A DNA stretch of 64,000 nucleotides from Gammaproteobacteria bacterium (GTDB lineage Bacteria > Pseudomonadota > Gammaproteobacteria > JABABF01). The DNA is taken from contig OZ250153.1 in NCBI GenBank assembly GCA_965237805.1, positions 1,600,001 to 1,664,000 of the forward strand, given 5' to 3'. The translations under genes and the position numbers were made by a program. Each line of letters begins with the position of its first letter. Positions within the stretch are counted from its first letter, which is position 1. The notes under the pieces were generated by a model. That model saw only the letters and a program-made list of their open reading frames with translations, was not told the origin of the DNA and did not search any database. Below, in pieces: positions 47,825-58,177 of the stretch.

Positions 47825-48916
47825 ATGCCTACTGAGCCCATCGGGCCGCTGGCCACCCGCGGCTCGGCTTTGCTCGGCTGCCGTTATCCGGTGGTGCAAA
47901 CAGCCATGGGCTGGGTCGCCGACGCCGGACTGGTCGCGGCCAGCAGCAATGCTGGTGCTTTTGGCTTCCTCGCCGGTGCGACGCTGCCGCCAGCCGAGGT
48001 GGAGCGCGAGATCCTGCGGGTGCGCGAGCTCAGCGATCACCCCTTCGGCATCAATTTTCATATGTTCCAGCCCAATGCTGCGGACATCATCGAGCTGGTC
48101 TTGCGCCACCAGCTGCGCGCCGTCAGCTACGGCCGCGCACCGGAGCCCAAGGTCATCGAGCGGTTGCGCGCAGCCGATGTGGTGTGCATGCCCACCGTCG
48201 GCGCATTGCGCCACGCCCAGCGGGCGGTAGAGCTCGGTGCCAATGTGCTGACCGTGCAGGGCGGGGAGGGCGGTGGCCACACCGGCGCGGTGGCCACCTC
48301 CATCCTGTTGCCGCAGGTCTTGGACGCCTTCGGTGGCGAGCTGCCGATCTTCGCCGCTGGCGGTTTTAGCGATGGCCGCGGTTTGGCCGCCGCGCTGGCC
48401 TGGGGGGCCGACGGCATCGCCATGGGCACCCGCTTTCTGCTGACGCGCGAGAGCCCGGTGCCAGAGCAGACCAAGCAACGCTATCTGGACTGTGCCGACC
48501 CGCGCCAGATGGTGGTGTCCAAGGCACTGGATGGCCTGCCGCAGCGCATGTTGAGCAATCGTATGCTGCGACGTCTCGAGCGCGGCGGGCCGCTCTATCG
48601 CCTGCTGACGGCGGCATCCAGCGCGCTGGCCTACCGCCGCTTCACCGGTGCCTCGCTGGGGCAGCTCTTGTCCATTGCCTTCTCGGCAGCGCGCAGTGGT
48701 GGCGCGGAGGGCATGTCGCAGGCACTGATGGCCGCCAATGCGCCGATGATCATCCAAAAGGCGATGGTCGACGGTGAGCCCGACGCCGGGGTCTTGCCCG
48801 GGGGCCAAGTGGCCGGGCTGATCGACGAGTTGCTGAGCTGCGAGGACTTGTTGCGCGGCATCGTCGATGATGCCGAACGACGTCTCGCCGCGCTGGGCGG
48901 CGGAGGGCGGCCGTGA
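47825..48916 (+). CDS. ipdC: IpdC-like FMN-dependent enoyl-CoA reductase (nitronate monooxygenase fold)
   Basis: YPVVQTAMGWVA, PFGINF, QGGEGGGHTG, AAGGFSDGRGL, MGTRFLLT, GQVAGLIDEL; located in the ipdAB cluster. Confidence 0.8.
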   Translation: MPTEPIGPLATRGSALLGCRYPVVQTAMGWVADAGLVAASSNAGAFGFLAGATLPPAEVEREILRVRELSDHPFGINFHMFQPNAADIIELVLRHQLRAVSYGRAPEPKVIERLRAADVVCMPTVGALRHAQRAVELGANVLTVQGGEGGGHTGAVATSILLPQVLDAFGGELPIFAAGGFSDGRGLAAALAWGADGIAMGTRFLLTRESPVPEQTKQRYLDCADPRQMVVSKALDGLPQRMLSNRMLRRLERGGPLYRLLTAASSALAYRRFTGASLGQLLSIAFSAARSGGAEGMSQALMAANAPMIIQKAMVDGEPDAGVLPGGQVAGLIDELLSCEDLLRGIVDDAERRLAALGGGGRP

Positions 48917-50079
48917 AGCTGGACTACAGCACCGCGCAGCGCGCCTTCCGTGTTGAGGTGCGCGCTTGGCTGGAGCGCGAGCTGCCAGCCGAGCCGCTGC
49001 CCAGCTTCGACACCGCAGAGGGTTTCGCGGCGCATCGGCAGTGGGAGAAGCAGCTGCACGAGGGGCGTTGGGGGATGGTGACCTGGCCCGAGGCCTACGG
49101 TGGCCGCGGCGCGGACCTGATCGAATGGCTGATCTTCGAGGAAGAGTACTACCGCGCCGGGGCACCGCTGCGCGTCAATCAAAACGGCATTTTCCTGCTC
49201 GGCCCGACGCTGATGGAACACGGCACTGAGGCACAGCGCAAGCGCTTCCTGCCGCCGATGGCGAGCGGCGAGGCGGTCTGGGCGCAGGGCTGGTCCGAGC
49301 CCAATGCCGGCAGCGATATGGCCGCCATCCGCTGCACCGCAGAGCGCCGTGGCGAGTGCTATGTGCTCAACGGACAGAAAACTTGGTCCACCCGCGCCGC
49401 TTTTGCCGATTGGCTGTTCGGCATGTTCCGCACCGAGCCCGGCTCCGAGCGCCACCGCGGGCTCAGCTTTCTGTTGGTGCCACTCGACGCGCCCGGCATC
49501 ACCGTGCGTCCGGTGCGCCAGCTCAACGGCCTGCCGGGCTTCGCCGAGATCTTTTTCGACAATGTCGAGTGCCCGGTCGAGAATTTGATCGGCGCAGAGG
49601 GCGGCGGCTGGGCGGTGGCGATGGCCACCGCCGGTTTCGAGCGCGGCCTGATGCTGCGCAGCCCGGCGCGCTTTCAAGAGGCGGCGCGCCGTTTGGTCGC
49701 GCTCTATCTGCGCCACCGTGAGCGGGCCGACCGCGACCCCGCCCTGCGCGGGGCGGTGTTGTCGGCGTGGATGCGCGCCGAGGCCTACACGCTGGCAACC
49801 TATGCCACCGCCTCGCGCCTGCTGTCCGGCGGACGCATCGGCAGCGAGTCCAGCACCAACAAAATTTTCTGGTCGGAGTTGGATCTCGAGCTGCACGATG
49901 CCGCGATGTCCATTCTCGGGGTTCAGGCCGAGCTGCAGGGCTCGGCGGAGGATGCCGTTGCCGACGGCGCTTGGCTGGAGGGCTTCCTCTTTGCCCAAGC
50001 CGGGCCGATCTACGCTGGCACCAACGAGATTCAGCGCAACATCATCGCCGACCGCATGCTCGGTCTGCCGCGCTCATGA
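48913..50079 (+). CDS. fadE31: Acyl-CoA dehydrogenase, FadE31/ScdM1-like
   Basis: SFDTAEGFAAHRQW, IFEEEYYRAGAP, WAQGWSEPNAGSD, IYAGTNEIQRNII. Confidence 0.8.
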   Translation: MKLDYSTAQRAFRVEVRAWLERELPAEPLPSFDTAEGFAAHRQWEKQLHEGRWGMVTWPEAYGGRGADLIEWLIFEEEYYRAGAPLRVNQNGIFLLGPTLMEHGTEAQRKRFLPPMASGEAVWAQGWSEPNAGSDMAAIRCTAERRGECYVLNGQKTWSTRAAFADWLFGMFRTEPGSERHRGLSFLLVPLDAPGITVRPVRQLNGLPGFAEIFFDNVECPVENLIGAEGGGWAVAMATAGFERGLMLRSPARFQEAARRLVALYLRHRERADRDPALRGAVLSAWMRAEAYTLATYATASRLLSGGRIGSESSTNKIFWSELDLELHDAAMSILGVQAELQGSAEDAVADGAWLEGFLFAQAGPIYAGTNEIQRNIIADRMLGLPRS

Positions 50080-50160
50080 TGGCCATCCGCCGCGCTGTGG
50101 GGCGCGTTGCCAGCCGCTGCCGCCTCGTTGTTGCGGTGGCCTAGCGGGGGGAGCGGGGCG

Positions 50161-51237
50161 ATGGATTTCCAATTCAGCGAAGAGCAGCGCATGTTCGAGC
50201 GCAGCCTGCGCGACTTCCTCGCCGCCGAGCTGTCGACCGAGCGCATCCGGGAGCTGTGGGACAGCGCTAGCGGTCGCTGTGACAAACTGTGGCGCGGCCT
50301 CAGCGAACTCGGTGTGATCGGTGCCTTGGTGCCAGAGGCCGACGGCGGCCTCGGCTTGGACGAGCGCGATTTCGTGTTGATGGCGGAGGCCTGCGGCCAC
50401 GCCGCCCTGCCGGAGCCGCTGGTGGACAGCGCCTTGCTCGCGGCTCCGCTGTTGGCGGCGGCGGGTGGTGAGGCGGCGCAGCGCTGGTTGCCGCCGCTGC
50501 TCAGCGGCGAGGCGCGCGTGGCTGTCGCCACCCCGCTGGATTTGTTGGTGCCAGACGCCGATGTCGCCGCTGCCGTGCTGTTGGCTGGCGGCTGCGCTGG
50601 CGACGACGATGGCGAGCTGCGGCTACTGGCGCTGCCGCCCGCCGCTGGCCTGCGTCGCCAGCACAGTGTGGATCCATCGCGCCGCCTCTTCAGCCGCGCT
50701 CCGCTGGGCGGCGGCGAGTTGCTGGCAATGGGAGACTCGGCGCGGCAGCTGTGGGCGCAAGCCTTGAATCGCGGTGCGCTGGGCGCGGCGGCACAGCAGT
50801 TGGGTGCGGCGGCGCGGATCTTGGAATATGCGGTGGCCTACACCTCCGAGCGCAAGCAGTTCGGGCGCGCAATCGGCTCGTTTCAAGCGGTGCGCAACCA
50901 GTTGGCCGATGTCGCGGTGGCCTTGGAGTTCGCCCGCCCGGTGGTCTATCGCGCCGCCGACAGCTTGGCGCGCGGCGTGGCGACGGCCGCGCGCGATGTC
51001 TCACACGCTTGGCTGGCTGCTGGCGAGGCGGCGCGCATGGCGGCGCGGCACGGCATCCAGTCGCACGGGGCGATCGGCTACACCTGGGAGCTGGACTTGC
51101 AGATCTGGCTCAAGCGCATCTGGGTCACGGATGCGCTGTGGGGCGGTCGCGCATGGCACAGTGCGCGACTCGAGGCGGCGGTATTCGCGCCCGATGCCAT
51201 GCTCGGCGCGGGCCACACTTTTGATGACGGGGGGTGA
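50161..51237 (+). CDS. fadE32: Acyl-CoA dehydrogenase partner subunit, FadE32/ScdM2-like
   Basis: MDFQFSEEQ, SVDPSRRL, RKQFGRAIGSFQAV, HGAIGYTWE.DL.IW.KR; follows the fadE31-like gene. Confidence 0.75.
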   Translation: MDFQFSEEQRMFERSLRDFLAAELSTERIRELWDSASGRCDKLWRGLSELGVIGALVPEADGGLGLDERDFVLMAEACGHAALPEPLVDSALLAAPLLAAAGGEAAQRWLPPLLSGEARVAVATPLDLLVPDADVAAAVLLAGGCAGDDDGELRLLALPPAAGLRRQHSVDPSRRLFSRAPLGGGELLAMGDSARQLWAQALNRGALGAAAQQLGAAARILEYAVAYTSERKQFGRAIGSFQAVRNQLADVAVALEFARPVVYRAADSLARGVATAARDVSHAWLAAGEAARMAARHGIQSHGAIGYTWELDLQIWLKRIWVTDALWGGRAWHSARLEAAVFAPDAMLGAGHTFDDGG

Positions 51238-51562
51238 TGCCAGCAGCTGGTGTGAATTCTGTCTCCTTTTGATGCTACGGAAACATGATTCAGCATTCTG
51301 CCAATCCACTTCGCCATCAGGCATCAGCGAGAGCAAAATGCAGTATTCTTTGAACCTGCCCTTGCTATGGACAGCCTCAGGACAAGGGGCGTGGTGGCGA
51401 CCTACTTTCGTTGCAGCGTGGGCGCACCGCCTCTATCGGCCACCCAGCCCATGCAATGGTATCGCGTCACATCGTACGGGCACTAGAACGGATAGCCTGT
51501 CGGCATCACCCCTACGGGCTGAACAGGACTATCACCCTACGCACGGGATGGTCGGTAGTGGC

Positions 51563-52231
51563 TCAGTTTAATTTGTCGGCCAAAGCCGCGATGTCCTCTA
51601 GGCTCCAAAGGCGCTTTGACACCCCGGCTTCCATCGCCGGGCTGTACCGCAGGGTGCCGTGGATGCGGGCGAAGTTGTAGTGCATGTAGTGCAGGCTGAT
51701 GGCGTGGGCGTGGTTCTCAAGCTTCTTTGAGAAGGCGTTAGTCAGCCGAGCGAAGCGCCGCATGGACATGCGCATCGTGAGGTTCTGGCGCTCTACATAA
51801 GAGGTTGAGACATCCGCCCGCCGTGGACGGCCTGTAACAGCCCGCTTCCTAGCGCCCACGCACTGCGCGGGGCTGTAGCGCCGCTCTGCAGCCTTGTCCG
51901 GTGCTGCTCCATACAACTTGACTAGCTGGGCGTAGTCGATGTCACTCCCAAAGGCTCCGGCCACGGCATCTAGGTAGGCTCCGTGGCCGTCAGTTGTCAG
52001 CTGCACACGCCCCGACAGCCGCTCGGCGAGGTCGTCCATGAAGCGGTTAGCGGCATTTGCGTTGCGCGGCCCAACATGCCAGCAGGGCACCAGCTTGGTG
52101 TCAGCGCAGATGGCTACCCATGTCCAGACATCGCCCAGCCCAAACTCGCCGCGCCTGTCTGGCGGCAGGTTTCGCTGCTTGGCATAGACGAAGCTCCAAA
52201 TCTCGTCGCACTCCACGCGCTTGCAAGGCAA
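51563..52231 (-). CDS. IS1-family DDE transposase, N-terminal DNA-binding region missing
   Basis: [53 protein letters not shown]; under 80 bp separates it from the divergent cargo gene. Confidence 0.88.
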   Translation of the reverse strand: MPCKRVECDEIWSFVYAKQRNLPPDRRGEFGLGDVWTWVAICADTKLVPCWHVGPRNANAANRFMDDLAERLSGRVQLTTDGHGAYLDAVAGAFGSDIDYAQLVKLYGAAPDKAAERRYSPAQCVGARKRAVTGRPRRADVSTSYVERQNLTMRMSMRRFARLTNAFSKKLENHAHAISLHYMHYNFARIHGTLRYSPAMEAGVSKRLWSLEDIAALADKLN

Positions 52232-52307
52232 TTCCCGCAGGCGCTATACTCAAGTGTGGTATAGTGATTGACCCGTCTTCTTCGATGCGCCCACACAGCC
52301 TCAACCA

Positions 52308-53390
52308 GTGATGAAATACGCCATATGGAACAACAAGGGAGGGGTGGGCAAGACTTTCCTTACTTTTGCGCTGGCCACCTTAACTGCAGAACGATTCAAT
52401 GCAAAAAAGAGGGGGAGCCATCACGCCCGCCAAGTGGTGGTCATAGATATGTGCCCCCAAGCAAATGTGAGTGAAATACTTCTAGGCGGCAATGGCTCTG
52501 GATCAGATAAGCTATCAGAACTCATAGAAAAAGATAAGACGGTCGCCGCTTATTTTCGTCAACGGATACAGGTAAAGCCTTACCAGCCCATGAATAATGA
52601 AAAGAGTTATGCTATCCGTGTCAGCGAACATAACCAACACATTCCCGAGAACTTACATCTAATCTCTGGAGACCCTGAGTTGGAATTACAAATACCAACC
52701 ATCAATTCTCTAGCTGGGCAGGCTATGCCAGAGAATGCTTGGATTGCCGTGCACCAGTGGGTTACTAATTTGATAGAGGGATGCCAAGGACATCTCGGCC
52801 AAGACACGGTCTTCTTCATCGATTGCAACCCCAGTTTCTCTGCCTATACTGAATTGGCACTGGTTGCAGCAGAACGCTTAATAGTCCCCTGCAGTCCAGA
52901 TGGCTCGTCAGCTAGGGCAATATTTAATGTGGCGCGGCTAGTCTATGGTCATAACCTGCAAACAAAGTATAAACAACTGCGATTTAGCGCAAAAATGGAC
53001 GAATCTAATGCCATCCCTCCCCGAATGCACCTGTTCGTAATGAACAGAGCTACGATGTATGCTGGCGATATGGCTAGAGCATTTGATGCGATGGCACAAG
53101 AGTTAAATGAAAAAGTGCAACAATTACATAGTGGCTCTGGCGGTATAGAGATGTTTTCAACACAGGACGGAAACACCTTGTTTGAGAATCTGGATCATAT
53201 GCCTGATTCTCATAGTGTAGGCATAGTAATGGCACATACAGGTAGACCGCTTAGCGCGATCCACCCCGGGGCTATTAAGTATAACATCAGTAGCGCGCAT
53301 AATATCAATATAACTGTTGGGGCTGAGCAAAAAGCACGCTATCTTGAGGCTTTAGAGAGAATAGTAGACCGCCTTGATCTTGGATTTTAA
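52308..53390 (+). CDS. Orphan ParA/MinD-family ATPase (IS passenger, AT-rich)
   Basis: Deviant Walker A WNNKGGVGKT, IDMCPQAN, FIDCNPSF. Confidence 0.88.
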   Translation: MMKYAIWNNKGGVGKTFLTFALATLTAERFNAKKRGSHHARQVVVIDMCPQANVSEILLGGNGSGSDKLSELIEKDKTVAAYFRQRIQVKPYQPMNNEKSYAIRVSEHNQHIPENLHLISGDPELELQIPTINSLAGQAMPENAWIAVHQWVTNLIEGCQGHLGQDTVFFIDCNPSFSAYTELALVAAERLIVPCSPDGSSARAIFNVARLVYGHNLQTKYKQLRFSAKMDESNAIPPRMHLFVMNRATMYAGDMARAFDAMAQELNEKVQQLHSGSGGIEMFSTQDGNTLFENLDHMPDSHSVGIVMAHTGRPLSAIHPGAIKYNISSAHNINITVGAEQKARYLEALERIVDRLDLGF

Positions 53391-53650
53391 CTCTTCGACC
53401 ACCTCGCTTTCACGGCCTGCCGCGCTATCTCGTTGCGCCGCTCTGGCGACATCTTCTCCGCTCTAGCCCTGCCGCCCTTGAGGCCGCCCAGCCTGCCACG
53501 CTCCACAGCCTGAGGGTTCTTGGGCGGCTCAGGCGGCGGCGCATACTCGCCCACGGACTGCTCCATGACCTGCTTGGCGCGCAGGTTGAGGTCGCGGGGG
53601 CGCTTGGGCTTGCCTTTAGGGGGCGTGTGTTCGGGACGGTCTTCGCTCAT
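53387..53650 (-). CDS. Small basic KGG-motif protein at the IS end
   Basis: PKRPRDLN.RAK...KNPQAVERGRLGGLKGGRARAEKMSPERRNEIARQAVKARW; GC-rich like the transposase. Confidence 0.8.
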   Translation of the reverse strand: MSEDRPEHTPPKGKPKRPRDLNLRAKQVMEQSVGEYAPPPEPPKNPQAVERGRLGGLKGGRARAEKMSPERRNEIARQAVKARWSKS

Positions 53651-53716
53651 GTCGGCGATTGTCGCCTAGCGAGCCAGCGCGTCAACCCCAAACTGAGCCA
53701 CTACCGGATGGTCGTG

Positions 53717-53983
53717 CTACTTGTTCCCAACAAAGAGATTGTTTAGGTAGCATGCATGGTGTAGGATTTCTTTTGCCATAGCGTCTGTCACATCATCTAC
53801 ACAACGATTTTGGTCGCCTTTAGGAATCAGTTCTCTAGCTCTAACTAGACTGTCGTATACAACTACACCAGTAACTAGAGCTTGGGCGCTTGCTAGAGCT
53901 GGACCTTTTTGTGGATGACGGTCCCACAAACCTAGATGTTTATACCCTTCATCACTCATCATTAATTCCCTCCTAGGAACCAT
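53717..53983 (-). pseudogene. Unknown AT-rich gene fragment next to the IS insertion
   Basis: 88-aa ORF, with SD AGGAGG before an internal ATG, ending 3 bp from the TSD; no recognisable motif. Confidence 0.3.
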
Positions 53984-54150
53984 TATTTATCAGTATATAA
54001 CAGACACCAGAGCAGACGGAGGGTCTAGCTCCTGGCGCTCACGTCGATAAGGGAATGCGAAGCGCTTATCTCCACCGCTCGGCTAATGGTTACTGGCTGC
54101 GCAGGGAACTGATACATACACCCCCATAGCACTCAATATCTCCCGCCTAC

Positions 54151-54204
54151 TTCTCCCCCGACGCTGCGCTCGGCGCAGGGTATACTTTTGATGATGAGGA
54201 GTGA
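54151..54204 (+). repeat. Diverged copy of the last 17 codons plus stop of the fadE32-like gene (51184..51237)
   Basis: FSPDAALGAGYTFDDEE* versus FAPDAMLGAGHTFDDGG* (12/17 residues identical, same length, same TGA). Confidence 0.85.
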
Positions 54205-54209
54205 TCTCG

Positions 54210-54904
54210 GTCGCTGACGCGAATACAGCTTGCATTTTTCTTTATTGGTTGGCAGCCCGCTGCTCAATCGATGCAGAATCTGAATTGTAGAAGAACTTAG
54301 TGATGGAACCATCACTAATAAACTGCACTTAAAGATGTCGGTATCTTCAGAAAAAACAAAATATCAAGCGTGCCATGAAATGATTCATATCTGGACGGCG
54401 CTCTGTTGTTGCCCAATTCGGATTATCCTTTAGCAGTTGGACATAGAGCTGATTGAGTTGACTAGTCGCTCGCATGTCCAAGCTGCTCTCACGGATTTGT
54501 TTGACGGTGCTGATTCCGGCGAGAGGCAAGAAAAAACCCAAATAATCAGGTAATTCGGCATATTTGCAAGCGATGGATTCACCCCTAACAAGATCTTCGG
54601 AGAGCAAGATCTCTCCATCAGTTGCTAAAATAAATTTTGCGTTTGCAGTGGTGGTTTTGACGTTATCCCGCAAAGCGATAAGTGTCGCATCGACAGCGCC
54701 TGGATCACACATCGCCATATGGATATTATTGCGCTGTAAAACGCCACCGGGAACATCTGACGTATTAGAGATGCCACGTTGTAGTTTGTTGATGGTGGTT
54801 GATGTGTTCCCAAATGCCGCAAGAAATTGATAAGGGAATACCTGCATATCAAATGGCTGACCAGCTAATTCTGACACTGCCTGTTCAATTTCAACGGCAT
54901 TCAA
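54210..54904 (-). pseudogene. Truncated MmeI/YeeA-type restriction-modification (DNA methyltransferase) N-terminal fragment
   Basis: MNAVEIEQAVSELA..PFD...FPYQFL.AFG, LQRNNIH, FILATDG, FFLPLAGI, NHFMARLIFCFF, then a frameshift into EDTDIF; methyltransferase motifs absent. Confidence 0.8.
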
Positions 54905-54944
54905 AACTTGGTCCTCTCGCTATTCACAGTAAACAGTCATCTGG

Positions 54945-56987
54945 CTAATGAACCCCCGCTCCCCGCCGCGCCGTAGCCTCAGCAGCAACAATCTCTACAT
55001 AATACTCGCGCAGGACCTGGAAGGCCAGTTTTTTGCGGCCGTCGTCGCTGATCAGCCCCTTGCGGTTCCAGTGATCCTGCACCCCTTGGTAGAGCCGTAG
55101 CGGCGAGCGGAAATCCTTCAGGACCCACGGTGTCATGCCGACGACGCCGGGCTGCTCTTTCAGCATCGCGATCTGCTGCTGGTAGACCAGTGCTTGGTAT
55201 TCTTCACTGAACACCACCAGCTCTTCGCTCGGCGCGTGCATCCCGGCCAGCGCACCGGCCCCGAGCTCGCTGATGATCAACGCTTGGTCGGGCGGATGCT
55301 CGATGCGGATGCGCGGCATATTCTCGAGCATGATGCGGCGCGCATAGTGGCTGTCAAAGGGAGTGAAGAGCGCCAGCGCACCAGCGTAATACCAGCCGAA
55401 ATATTGGTTCAGTGCCGGCACATCCAAGACCTCGGCGAGTGGGTCGAGCAGCGGGTAGCTCCAGCGCTCGGGCGAGAAGCCCAGCAGCGCTGGCAGATAG
55501 CTGCCCAACATGAAATCCTGCAGCTCCTCTGCGGTGGTCCGCAGGGCGGCGGTCACCAGTCGCGAGCCGTCCAAGCTGCGTACATGGTCGGCCAGCGCGG
55601 ACATGAAGCGCAGCCTCTCCTCGTTGCTCGGCGTCTCGTTGCCGATACTCCACAGGATGACCGAGGCGCGGTTGCGGTCGCGTGCAATCACGGCGCTGAG
55701 CTGAGCGCGCGCCGAGCGCAGGGTATTGGGATTGGTGAAATCAATGCTCCAGTAGACCGGGATCTCTTCCCACAGCAATAGCCCCATGCGGTCGGCGACC
55801 AGCGCCAGATGCCGGCTGTGTGGGTAGTGGGCGAGGCGCACGAAGTTGCAGCCCAGCTCGCTGGCCCAGCCCAACAGCCGCTCGGCATCGGCGCGGCTGT
55901 GGCCACGCCCGCGCCCCATGCCAGCCTCATCGTGCGCGGCGATGCCGCGCAGGAAAATCGGCTCGCCGTTGAGCAGCAGCTGTGCGCCCCTGAGCTCGAT
56001 GGTGCGGAAGCCGACCTCGTCGACCAGCGCGTCCTCGGCGGCTTGCCACTCCACTCGGTAGAGCCGCGGATTGTGCGGTGACCAGCGCTCGGGCGCAGCC
56101 GGTAGCTCAAAGCGCCCCCGCCCGTCGGCATCGGTGTCGATGTGCCGCTGCAGCCCGAGCTCGGGAATGCGTAGCTCGGCACCCTCGGCGCGGCGCGGGC
56201 CAGCCACTTCGATCTGCCCTTGCAGCCGCTCGCCGTCGGCGCTGAGTTCGATGCTGTATGCGCGGATATAGCTGTCCGGCACTTCTATTAGCAGCACATC
56301 GCGCGTCAGGCCGCCGTAGTTGTGCCAATCGGTGAGCGCGGTGGGGATGTCGGCCTCCGCTGAGCGATTGTCCACCTCGATCACCAGCAGATTCTCGCCG
56401 TTGCGCAGTCGCTCGCTGACATCGAAGTTGAAGGGCGTGAAGCCGCCGCTGTGACGGCCGAGCAGCTGGCCGTTGAGATAGAGCGCGCTGTGGTAATTGG
56501 CGGCGCCCAGCCACAGGAAGACGCGCTTGCCGGGGCGTGGCGCGTAGTTGAAGACGCGCTTGTACCAGACGGTGCCCTGATAGAACAGCAGGCTCGGATG
56601 CTGGCTGTTCCAGTCGCCGGGAACCGCCAGCGTCAGGCCGTTATCAAAGGAGAACTCGGCCAGATCACTGGGGTGGCCCGGCTCCGAGGCGCGGGGTGCG
56701 ATCCCCAGCAGCGCGCCGCGCCCATAGGGATCGACAACCGCTTGCCAAGTGCCGTTCAGGGAGTGCTGCTCGCGCAGCTGCACCGATTGCAACAGCGCCT
56801 CGCCGCTGTGCCCGCCGCGCTCGCCGAGAGAGCGCTGGTAGTCGACCATCTGTTTGACTTCCTGCGGCCAGTTGCCGAACCAGATGTAGCCGGTCAGAGC
56901 GAGCAGCAGGACACCGAGCGCGAAGCAGACAGCGCCGAGCGCCGCCCACCATTTGGACTTGAGTGCAATGTGCATGCGTGAACCCAT
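54945..56987 (-). CDS. Glycoside hydrolase family 2 (beta-glucuronidase-like) with an N-terminal membrane anchor
   Basis: SLNGTW, VPGDWN, H.GGFTPF, NYGGLTRDV, NFVRLAHYPH, WSIGNE, ISELG, DFRSP, WNRKGL (NxKG glucuronidase motif). Confidence 0.9.
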   Translation of the reverse strand: MGSRMHIALKSKWWAALGAVCFALGVLLLALTGYIWFGNWPQEVKQMVDYQRSLGERGGHSGEALLQSVQLREQHSLNGTWQAVVDPYGRGALLGIAPRASEPGHPSDLAEFSFDNGLTLAVPGDWNSQHPSLLFYQGTVWYKRVFNYAPRPGKRVFLWLGAANYHSALYLNGQLLGRHSGGFTPFNFDVSERLRNGENLLVIEVDNRSAEADIPTALTDWHNYGGLTRDVLLIEVPDSYIRAYSIELSADGERLQGQIEVAGPRRAEGAELRIPELGLQRHIDTDADGRGRFELPAAPERWSPHNPRLYRVEWQAAEDALVDEVGFRTIELRGAQLLLNGEPIFLRGIAAHDEAGMGRGRGHSRADAERLLGWASELGCNFVRLAHYPHSRHLALVADRMGLLLWEEIPVYWSIDFTNPNTLRSARAQLSAVIARDRNRASVILWSIGNETPSNEERLRFMSALADHVRSLDGSRLVTAALRTTAEELQDFMLGSYLPALLGFSPERWSYPLLDPLAEVLDVPALNQYFGWYYAGALALFTPFDSHYARRIMLENMPRIRIEHPPDQALIISELGAGALAGMHAPSEELVVFSEEYQALVYQQQIAMLKEQPGVVGMTPWVLKDFRSPLRLYQGVQDHWNRKGLISDDGRKKLAFQVLREYYVEIVAAEATARRGAGVH

Positions 56988-57025
56988 CCATCAGGATTCC
57001 GGCGATGCGTTATTCTAAGGAGATA

Positions 57026-58177
57026 ATGAGTGAAGCCTACATTGTCGATGCCCTGCGCAGCCCCACCGGTCGCCGCAACGGCAGCCTCGCCAGCTGGCAT
57101 GGTGCCGATCTCGGTGCCGCGGTGTTGCGCGCCTTGGTCGATCGCAATGCGGTGCCAGCCGAGGACTACGACGATGTGGTCTTCGGTTGCGTCGATGCCA
57201 TCGGCCCACTGGCTGGCGACATCGCCCGCACCGCATGGCTCGCCGCCGGTTTGCCGGATGCCGTGCCCGGGGTGACGGTGGATCGCCAGTGCGGTTCTTC
57301 GCAGCAGGCGCTGCACTTTGCCGCCCAGGGGATCATGAGCGGCACCCAAGATGTGGTGGCGGTCGGCGGCGTACAGACCATGAACGCGATCCCGATCTCA
57401 GCGGCCATGCTGGCGGGGCGCGAATACGGCTTTGAGGATCCTTTTTCCGGCTCCGAGGGTTGGGTGGCGCGCTACGGCACAGAGACAGTGTCGCAATTCC
57501 ACGCCGCCGAGCGCATTGCCGAGAAATGGGATTTGAGCCGCGAAGAGCTGGAGCGCTACGCCCTGCAGAGCCACCAGCGGGCGGTGGCCGCCATCAAAGC
57601 CGGTTATTTCGACAGCCAGCTGTTGCCGGTAGGGGGTTTGGAGCATGACGAGACACCGCGTGCATCCACGACGCCAGAGAAGATGGCCAGCTTGGAGCCG
57701 CTGCTCGAAGGTGGTCGTCTGACGGCTGCCACCTCCAGCCAGACCTGCGATGCCTCGGCGGCTCTGCTGATGGTGTCCGAGAGTGCTATGAAGCGTTATC
57801 AGTTGCGCCCACGGGCACGCATTCACCATCTGAGCGTGCGCGGTGACGATCCGATCTGGATGCTGACAGCACCGATCCCGGCCACCCGCTACGCGATGGA
57901 AAAGAGCGGCATGTCCTTGGCGGACATCGATCTGGTCGAGATCAACGAGGCCTTCGCCTCAGTGCCACTGGCTTGGTTAGCAGAGACCGGCTATCCCGAG
58001 GAGCAGACCAATGTCAACGGCGGTGCCATCGCCTTGGGCCATCCCCTGGGGGCCACCGGAGCCCGCCTGATGACCGCCCTGCTATGCGAGCTGGAGCGGC
58101 GCGGTGGCCGCTACGGCCTGCAGACCATGTGCGAGGGCGGTGGGCAGGCGAATGTGACGATTATTGAGCGGGTTTGA
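57026..58177 (+). CDS. fadA6: Acetyl-CoA C-acyltransferase (thiolase), FadA6/ScdF-like
   Basis: SD TAAGGAG; [51 protein letters not shown]; steroid cluster context. Confidence 0.85.
   Translation: MSEAYIVDALRSPTGRRNGSLASWHGADLGAAVLRALVDRNAVPAEDYDDVVFGCVDAIGPLAGDIARTAWLAAGLPDAVPGVTVDRQCGSSQQALHFAAQGIMSGTQDVVAVGGVQTMNAIPISAAMLAGREYGFEDPFSGSEGWVARYGTETVSQFHAAERIAEKWDLSREELERYALQSHQRAVAAIKAGYFDSQLLPVGGLEHDETPRASTTPEKMASLEPLLEGGRLTAATSSQTCDASAALLMVSESAMKRYQLRPRARIHHLSVRGDDPIWMLTAPIPATRYAMEKSGMSLADIDLVEINEAFASVPLAWLAETGYPEEQTNVNGGAIALGHPLGATGARLMTALLCELERRGGRYGLQTMCEGGGQANVTIIERV

Larger units (their letters stand above)
51554..53705 (-). mobile_element. IS1-family element carrying passenger genes (2152 bp)
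   Basis: Perfect 16-bp terminal inverted repeats GGTAGTGGCTCAGTTT (51554..51569) / AAACTGAGCCACTACC (53690..53705), flanked by the 8-bp direct repeat GGATGGTC (51546..51553, 53706..53713). Confidence 0.93.

Noticed and set aside
46988-49998. 725-aa and 455-aa minus-strand ORFs
   Set aside because: They are antisense to the well-supported SDR, ipdC and fadE31 genes in high-GC DNA.
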